A DNA stretch of 64,000 nucleotides, from assembly GCA_964019335.1 (NCBI GenBank), contig OZ025657.1, positions 1 through 64,000 on the forward strand, written 5' to 3'. Position numbers and translations under genes: made by a program. Of the stretch, positions 56,206 through 64,000 are shown in pieces; position 1 is the first letter of the stretch; each line of letters starts with the position of its first letter. The notes beneath the pieces were generated by a model. It worked only from the letters and a program-made list of their open reading frames with translations, searched no databases and was not told the DNA's origin. This DNA comes from Diplonema japonicum. Its lineage: Eukaryota; Protista; Euglenozoa: Diplonemea.

Positions 56206-59062
56206 CTACGGCTTTCTGCTAACTGTGTTTTTTCTTTCTCTTTTTTTTATTTCCCCCTTTCCCATACCTGCATGGTGCGACAGAGGGTCATGCTTGGAGA
56301 GGGAAGACAGCGAGAAGGAAGCAACCTGTAGAGACGTTGGGTTCCTGTATGCTCATACCTTCTTGATGGACTCAGACGTTGAACGCTCTGCGAGCTCTTG
56401 GAGCTTTGTAACACCTCCGAACTTCGCAATGAGCTCGTTGTTCTCCCTGTCGGCTGCAAGGTTCTTGAGACAGAGTGCCGCTTCGCGGATAACGTTTTCG
56501 TTCTCCGACTTCAGCAACCCTACCACCTTGGGGATAGCGTCCAGCTCCCTGACCAGCTCCTGGTTGCGTGAGTTGTTCGATGTGCAGTTCTGTGTTTGTG
56601 TTTGAAAGGTGTTGATTCACACCTTCAGTGCCCCCGTCACGTTCTCCAGAATGAAGTCATTCTTCGACGACAAGCACCGCACCAATGCCTGTATCCCCCC
56701 GATCTCCCTCACGTGGTCTTTGTTGTCCGTGTTGATCGTCAACGACAGCAGCGATCCTGCCGCGTTCTCCACCACCGAGTCTGTCTTATCCGCCAACAAG
56801 TTGCACAGTGCACGGATAGCCCCCTCGCTCCTCGCCGTCACCTTGTCGTCACGAGCCACGTTCCATAGTGTCGCTGCCGCGTACTCCCGCATACCTGGCG
56901 TCAGCTTATCTGGTGGCCCGTTCAGGATTTCCACTAACTTGGCGATGGCGTTGCAGTGGATCAAGGCCTCCCTGTTCTCTGCCAGCGTTGAGCAGTTCCT
57001 CAGAATACCCAAAGCCTTCTCTTTGATGCTGAAGTTCTCATGGTTCAGGACCTTCAGCAACTTCGGGAACCCATTGCACTCGCGGATCACGTGTTTGTTG
57101 TCGTTGTTGATGGAGCAGATCCACAGCGTGCTCGTTAGCTTCTCAAGAACAGAGTACTTCGTCTTGTCCAGCAAGTCGATGAAGAGGTGCAGACCCCCCA
57201 GGTCCTTCAGAGCCACTTTGTTCTGGTCGTTGATGGCACAGTTCCTTATAGCACCCGCTGCATTCTCTTGGATGTTTTCATTGCGTGCCAAAAGCAGCTT
57301 GAGCAGGGGATCGAGCCCGCCAAGCTTCCTGATAGCCACTCTGTTCTCACCCACTGCCGCGCAGTTCCACAGTGTTCCAGAGGCATTCTCGACAACACTC
57401 TCGACGGGCGAGCTGAGGAGCTGGATTAAAGGCTGCAGACCACCCAACTCGCGTACCAGCCTCTTGTTCTCCGTGTCGACTGCGCAGTTCCAGAGACCAC
57501 CAGCAGCGTTCTCCTGTACCGACTCGTTGCGTGAGCTCAGTAGGTCGATCAGGGCTGCGATGCTGCCCAGCTGACGGATGACCACCTTGTTCTCGGTATT
57601 CGATGCGCAGTTCCATAACGCGCCTGCTGCCTTCGACTGGATGCTCTCGCTTGGGTAGTACAGGGTTGCGATTAGTTTCTCAAGACCGTCGCACTTCCTG
57701 ATTGCTATCTTGTTGCTGTCGTCTCGCGTGAGGTAGCCCAGCGCGATCGTGGCGTTTTCCAAGATGACATCGTTCTCTGTATGCAGCAGGTCGACGATAG
57801 CAACCAGCCCACCCGCCTCCCGGATAACTGTTTTGTTCGTATCGCTCATTGCTAAATGCCACACGCACGTCAGGGCCTTCTCCAGAACGAACTCATTGTT
57901 CGACTGCTTAAGGATGGACACCAAGGCGTGCACCCCACCAGCAGCACCGAATGAATCCTTCAGTGGTAGGTCAGTTGTTAGAGTGGTTACCAGCATTGCA
58001 GTGTCTGCCTTGACTTCAATGTTCACGGAGTGCAGAAGTTTCACGAATAGTTCTAGTGCCTTATTCTGAAGGAAGACATCGGGAATAGAGGGCTCGCCGT
58101 TGGGCCTTGATCTCCCGGCCTGCACGCTTGTGTTCCACCTCTTCACTATTTCTATGAGGCAGCGTAAGATGAAGGCTTGGAGGGCTGGAAGGGCTCCCAT
58201 AAGGTGTTGCAGCAGCCCATTAGTGCAACGTATCCAGTGGGTGTAGAGGGAGGCTTCCCACGGAGCCTCGTCAATGGACAGACAGTAAGATTCAAACTCC
58301 GACAGCGAGCGCTGCACGTCTTGCTCCTTTACCTGCTTGTTCTGAAGGTGCCACAGGACAGCGTCAATACGCCTGGCGTCTGACTGCGTTCCATAGGACT
58401 CGTTGCTGCTGTTGCTGCTGGCACTGCTGCCCCTTTGGGGGATGGTCTCCATGTGTTGCACATTGTGCTGTTGTTGCTGAGCTGAAATGTTGGCCGCAAA
58501 CTGCGGCTGAGTTTGCGTAGGTGGTTGTGGCTGTTGCGGTGCTGGTGGCTGCATCGGTGATTGCTGCTGCACATCCCGTTCTCTTTCGAAACCTGCGTTG
58601 GTTTGCGGTGTTCCTGTCGTCTGTATGATATCCAACTTGAGCACACTCTCCTTGCTCAGAAGATCTTTCAGACAGTTGTCAGTGTACTTCTGATGCAAAC
58701 GAATTGCCCGTTTCTTCTCGTCAAGCTGCTTCAGAGCTACGTCGAACTTCTTCATCTCCATCGCCAGCTTCTCCTTCGCGTTGCTTTTCACTTCTATCTG
58801 GTTCAACAAATTCCTTTCGTCTTTTTTCAATATCTCCAATTTATGGGTGAGGTGGTCTTTCAATGTCGTGCGGGGGTTCCCTTCCACCTCTTCTTTCAGA
58901 TCTAACGCGAACTGCATTAAATATAACATATTCTAATAAGTGCGTGCATACCTTGACCATAGGGTCCATTTCTTCTTCAGCTCTGTGTAGTATACTCCAT
59001 AATTGATAAGCAATATCTGGCTGTTGGTGTTCGTCACCCACCGGGCCTCCCCGGGCCTCCAT
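56206..59062 (-). CDS. Armadillo-repeat protein with N-terminal coiled coil; introns 58912-58951, 56590-56622, 56326-56358
   Basis: More than 10 ARM repeats (ENAAGALWNCA..ENK..IR.LGG...L..LL). Splicing restores the frame. Confidence 0.88.
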
Positions 59063-59164
59063 CACCCACCAAAGAAGTTGTTCCTGTATGAAGTGAGTAA
59101 GGCGGGGGAAAAATAACAGAGACATAAAACTAAGAAACCAAGATATGATAACTGATCGCAAGCT

Positions 59165-61869
59165 CTAACTAAGCGACTCTACCTCCTCCTTCAGCGTCAT
59201 GTACGCAGGAAGCGATGCGTAATCCTCAGCAAGCTTCAGCACCGGCTGCACTTGCATGAGGGCCTGCGACTTAGGTGGGGTTGTCTTTACCTTCCGTTCA
59301 CCTAGAGCCTCTTCTGTAACTAGTTTGGCGCCTTTGACAACACGCACTGCAGACTCAATCACGCCTGTTGCTGTCGTCTTATCCACCTGCCAACCCTTCT
59401 TCATCTGACACCTCAAATCTTTCAACCTCTGGTCAAACGCCTCCAAATGGTTCGTGATACCGTCCAAGAAGTCACCGAACGTCTTGTACAGCATGGCATC
59501 CGACGTTATTGTCGATGTCACCTTCCCAAGCAGCTTGTGGTGCTGTGCATGTTGGTAATTGAAAGGCTCACACATACCTCCTGCCGTAAGTGTTCAACAG
59601 CTGCTAGCTTTGCCTTCTCAACGTCTTCTTCTTGCTGCTTCTTCTTCTTGGCCTGCTCCTCCCTCCATTTGATAGTATCTTCAATCTCAAGATCCATGTC
59701 AGCACCGAAAGGCACCACGTCGAAGATCTCGTCATCGAACTCATCAGGGTGCTCCTCCTTGATTTTCTCTGCAGGTCTAGACACCTCCGCCTTGCCTGCA
59801 ATCACGTCAAGGACCTGCTGTGTCAGATGGGCTAGCACGTCAGGGCGAACAGTGTAATTCCTTCCCTTGGATTCGATGATCTCTAGCATGGTCTGTGGTG
59901 TCATGTGTTTTTTGAAAAGGGCATACGTTGATGGCCTTCTGCTTCTCCCCGATTTCGACGGACACCGTGTAGAGGTTGTCCCAGATGCGCCAGTTGGCAG
60001 GAGACCACTTCTTGGCCTGGACCAAGCAGTGGAAAGCAGGGATGAGCTTGTTCATCTGCAAGTTGCATGTGGCCAGATTGCTCCACGAGTGGCCGTCCTG
60101 CATGTCAAGCTGCACGTTACGTGTGTAGCAGAACGACGCGCGTTCCCATTGCTTGGTCTTGATAGCGGCCCAGCCCATGGAAAACCAGTCAGCACCGAAG
60201 ATAGGGTTCAACGTCAGTGCCTTGTCGAAACATTCCACTGCCTCCGCAAACTTCTCGACTTCCAGGTATAGTTCACCCAGACCACGCATTGGTGCTGCAA
60301 GTTTGTGGTTTGACATCTCCCACGCCTTCTCATAGTACTCCGCGTTCCTTGTGGCATCGCCCAGAGAAGACCACAGCATCGCGTCGTTCGGTGTTTTCTA
60401 TTTGGTTATGTTACATTGTGTGCTGCATACCTCAAGCCTCTCCCTGATCAGCGACTCTGCCTTGGTCCTCTTGTCTAAACGCCGGCAACATTTGATAATG
60501 TCGGTCCAGTTACCCAGAGCCTCGTGGATGTCCAGCGCGGACTTCAGCATGCCAATGCCTAATGACGTACTTCGGGTTATATGGGCATACCTGTGTAGAC
60601 GCCTGCCAGCTCTGTCTTCAGAGCAAAGTTGGTAGGGAACAACACCATCCAGAAGCCTTTCATTCGGTGAAGGCTGGACTTCTCAACTACCTCATCTTGT
60701 TCGTTCTTCACAAGATGCACGAACTGATCCACCAACTCACAGAACTGCATTAAGCCCCTCTCGCGCACACGGATACGCTTCTGTTCCATTCTGCTTCTCA
60801 AGAGGTACACCTGCGACCTCAGCGCCCACGACATGTTCTCTTCGATGATGAGCCTCTCGAGATACGGCAGTCTCTCTACTTCTGTGAGGCCGTGCATCGG
60901 GTTGTTGTTGCGGACATTGACACAAAGCCCCATGACCAGTGCCTGCTCCAAGTCTGTCAGAGGGGTGTCTGTGATATCATCGTTCTCTATCTCTTCCCCG
61001 TACTTCAACTGCCCTGCGTCAACGACACTGCCTGCTGCGACGCTCTCCTTCAGAGTCCTCGGCCTTGCGAGCACGTTGCTGCCTTCGATCACCTTAGGTT
61101 CAAAGGGGTATTCGCCCGTGTTCCCCTTCCCGCAGCCCTGAGCCTTCACAACCAATTGTGCAGTCTCAAATACCTGGTGCTCGGTACGGACACCCATCAT
61201 GGACGTGAGTTTGCTCTTCATACCGCTCAGCTCGTGGGCCTTCTGGATGTTCTCGTTAGAATGGTGCGGCTCATGATAGTAGTAGTGCACCAGCCCCTTG
61301 GCGAGGCAGATCTCTGCGTGCGACGTAAGGCTCAGGATAGTGTCTGGCGCATCAGGGTTCTCAGGGAGCTTCAGCATCTCAGCATAGCACTCTAGGATTC
61401 TGGACAGCAAGGAGTGCGCGCGGTGTGCTAATATGCGCTGGTGGACAAAGTATGTTCTGGCCCTCCACAAGAAGATGCAGGGGAGGTCGTCTTCAACTTC
61501 GGCTTCGATGAAGATGGTAAGGGCAACAAGGAACTCGGGATAGCTAGTGTTCGTATTGCACACCTCACCGTCGACAACAAGCCTGTCCAAACATGTCCTA
61601 TGGCTTTCTTTGCTCCCAGCAGCAAACTCAAATATCTCTGATCTCTCTGCCTTGTCTTGCTCTGTCATGTCACCTGTGAAGTTCCCGCAAACGAACCCTT
61701 CTAACAAGTCAACCACGAGCTGCAACAAACCGTATTTGCCCTCGTCTTTGAACTTGCCAAGCACCTCGACGGCATTGTTTTGGACCTCCTTGACCCACTG
61801 GACGATGTCCGTGTCCTCCTTGATGGGCGCAGGAACTAGTGCCTTGTAAGCATCATTCCTGTACGTCAT
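59165..61869 (-). CDS. TTC27: Tetratricopeptide repeat protein 27 (EMW1-like); introns 60559-60590, 60398-60430, 59893-59926, 59543-59577
   Basis: 'MGVRTEHQVF..AQL', 'LWSSLGD..YYEKAWE.S', 'LNPIF..WF.MG', 'NWRIWDN'. Confidence 0.82.
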
Positions 61870-61937
61870 TTTGATACCGGGACACTGAATAGGGTGGTTG
61901 TGATTTAGTTATGTCTTGTAACAAATAAAGGCAAGGG

Positions 61938-64000
61938 TTATGTACTTACAACCATTGGCGGTGCTGCTAAGAAATTTGGAGACGGTGGTGGTGTAACAAA
62001 CTCCACCATCCTGCCCTCTGTACGCTTCAGGCGGTACTTTAGGTGCAGTGGGAGGCGTGCGTCTTCGAGCACTTCTGATTTCAGCACTGGGTGCCCGCAG
62101 ATATATTGCAAAAGGTACTCAACAAGGGGGTGGTTAGGGGTGTCCTTCCTCCACAGCCTGCAGCTATTGTCTTTAGATATGGTGAGGACGACGCTCCCGT
62201 CGAAGCTGTAGCTGGAAATGACAACGCCCTTGTGCCCTGACAGCACCTGCAGGCATTCTCCTGTGGAGACCTTCCACCTTCGGCATGTCATGTCGGCAGA
62301 ACCGGTGAGGAGCTCCTGGCCACCAGCTCCAAACGACACACAGCATATGCCGGCATGGTGCCCCTTCATCATTGAGATGCAGCCCGCAGAAAGCGTGTCC
62401 CACACACGCGCACTCATGTCCTCCGATGCCGATGCCACCAGCCATCCATCTGCGGAAAACTCACAATCAGATACATCTTTAGAGTGCCCCTTGAGTGCCT
62501 TACACCTCTTCGTGTTTGTGTCCCACAATCTGCACGTTGTGTCCGATGAGCAGCTCAACACCAGGTTGCCATGCACATTGAACTTCACAGCCGCCACCTC
62601 ACCCCCGTGTCCTTCGAAGAGCGCTAGACACTCGCCCGTCAGTGAGTGCCACAATCGAACAGTTTCGTCTGCAGAACCGCTTGCAAGGAGGTCATTAGCG
62701 GGAGAGAAGTCAACGCACACGATCTCAGCGCTGTGCCCGTGCAACATCGTTATCTGGCTGCCTGTGAGCGCATTCCATATGATCACAGTCTGGTCCATAG
62801 ATCCAGAGGCAACTAGTGTTGACCCTTGGTTGACCGCCACACACACCACCTCGAGGTCATGCCCCACCAGGGTGTGGACGCACTCCCCTGTTCCTGCGTC
62901 CCATAGTTTACACGTCTTGTCGAAAGACGCAGTCACAAGGCGGTCACAAAAAGGCGTGTTCCATATAACATCATACACGTAGCCCTCATGACCTCGGAGC
63001 GTATTAAGCAGCTCGCCACTGTTCCCGTCCCATACCTTTGCCGTCAAGTCGTACGAGCCTGTGGCCAGTTTGCACCCCGTGTTGTTGAGTGCACCGCTCG
63101 TAAGGCGAGCTGCTCGTGATAAGCCACCAACTGTGGGCTTTATAACCCTGTGGAGGTGATAGCCATTCGTATTGCCAGGAGCAGGTTTCATGATCAAAGG
63201 TTGAATGGAGTTGATCTGGAGACATGAGTTTTCAAGGTACCTGTCGACAAGGGACTTGTGTCTCTCTTCGGGAGTGACAGGGTCCGAGCGGGTAGTAAAG
63301 TTAGGGATACCAGACGGAGAACAAGGAGTGAGTGGTCGAGCGGTGGTGCGCACGATTGATGCGGCAACAATGGGGTTGAGACATCGCTTGTCACTCGCAA
63401 AATGCATTCCATCGAAGTGCTGACTAGTCAGCTTCTTCTCGCTAACTTCGCCTTCCTCATCGGCTTCCTCTTCTTCGTCGCCTACTGCATCTGTCTGCGT
63501 CTGTGCCTCCTCCTGCTGCGCCTGACCTGCGTACTGGGATGGCGGCGCGATATTAGCGTAGTAGATGTTCGCCTGCAGATCCTGGATCGCCTTTTCCAAG
63601 TCTTCCTGCGGGTTGACGGGCGGCTGCTGCTCTTTCAGCACACCAGGCGTTGAAGTCGTCATGAAGGACCAGTACATCCCGTTGTTGCTGTCAGGTTCGG
63701 GTGCGGTGTGAGGAGGAAGAGGAGAAGGAGGTGCTGGATGGAGGAGGCAGTCCGGGCCACCAACTGCCGTCATGTAGTTCAGCTTTCCAGGGAACTTAAA
63801 CGGGGTATCTATCTCTATGTTCTTAGGTTCGTAAGCATCGACAAGATCGAACAACGCAGCAACGTCATCAGTGACGGTTTTCAGCAAGTGGTGTGAAGAT
63901 GAGGAGGGTGTGGCATAACCGAAGACAACCCTGTTGTGTGCAGCGTCTTTGGAGATGCAGACTGTGCTTGTGCCTTCTTGCACATATGTTTTGAGGACAG
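61938..64000 (-). CDS. IFT46-like domain + ODA16/DAW1-like WD40 propeller + SOCS-box-like tail; probable intron 63931-63962; 5' end may lie outside the window
   Basis: '[37 protein letters not shown]' resembles IFT46. '[20 protein letters not shown]...VY...[22 protein letters not shown]' resembles DAW1. Confidence 0.8.
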   Translation of the reverse strand, partial: VLKTYVQEGTSTVCISKDAAHNRVVFGYATPSSSSHHLLKTVTDDVAALFDLVDAYEPKNIEIDTPFKFPGKLNYMTAVGGPDCLLHPAPPSPLPPHTAPEPDSNNGMYWSFMTTSTPGVLKEQQPPVNPQEDLEKAIQDLQANIYYANIAPPSQYAGQAQQEEAQTQTDAVGDEEEEADEEGEVSEKKLTSQHFDGMHFASDKRCLNPIVAASIVRTTARPLTPCSPSGIPNFTTRSDPVTPEERHKSLVDRYLENSCLQINSIQPLIMKPAPGNTNGYHLHRVIKPTVGGLSRAARLTSGALNNTGCKLATGSYDLTAKVWDGNSGELLNTLRGHEGYVYDVIWNTPFCDRLVTASFDKTCKLWDAGTGECVHTLVGHDLEVVCVAVNQGSTLVASGSMDQTVIIWNALTGSQITMLHGHSAEIVCVDFSPANDLLASGSADETVRLWHSLTGECLALFEGHGGEVAAVKFNVHGNLVLSCSSDTTCRLWDTNTKRCKALKGHSKDVSDCEFSADGWLVASASEDMSARVWDTLSAGCISMMKGHHAGICCVSFGAGGQELLTGSADMTCRRWKVSTGECLQVLSGHKGVVISSYSFDGSVVLTISKDNSCRLWRKDTPNHPLVEYLLQYICGHPVLKSEVLEDARLPLHLKYRLKRTEGRMVEFVTPPPSPNFLAAPPMVVST

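Overview
Eukaryotic nuclear DNA, most likely from a diplonemid euglenozoan. The alpha-tubulin C-terminus (..[15 protein letters not shown]) and PEX5 look euglenozoan. All ~30 genes lie head-to-tail on the minus strand, as in a polycistronic, trans-spliced cluster. Unlike kinetoplastid genes, they are split by about 40 tiny (~30-45 nt) GT-AG introns, mostly with GTATG donors. The left 3.3 kb holds a (GGGTTTGC)n telomere-like array, a 5'-truncated and internally rearranged CRE-clade (RLE) non-LTR retrotransposon with an extra downstream ORF, and a CA-rich satellite. The rest encodes: alpha-tubulin, a CAMSAP/Patronin homologue, a ~1,900-aa Cys-rich surface protein, two mitochondrial carriers, a four-domain EEEE Ca2+ channel, an EEP nuclease, a Plus3 protein, an inactive carbonic-anhydrase-like protein, WD40 and ARM proteins, a CDK10-like kinase, a tetraspanin-like protein, PEX5, ACADM, bacterial-type FadH, a cyclophilin, DnaJ/TMEM185-like paralogues and TTC27. 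The most novel-looking items are two flagellar chimeras: a BILBO1-like EF-hand/coiled-coil protein with an inserted R-S-E ADP-ribosyltransferase domain plus PDZ, and an IFT46-like domain fused to an ODA16/DAW1-like WD40 propeller and a SOCS-box-like tail. All domain calls come from motif recognition by eye, and exon structures are hand-built from reading-frame continuity; no searches were run.
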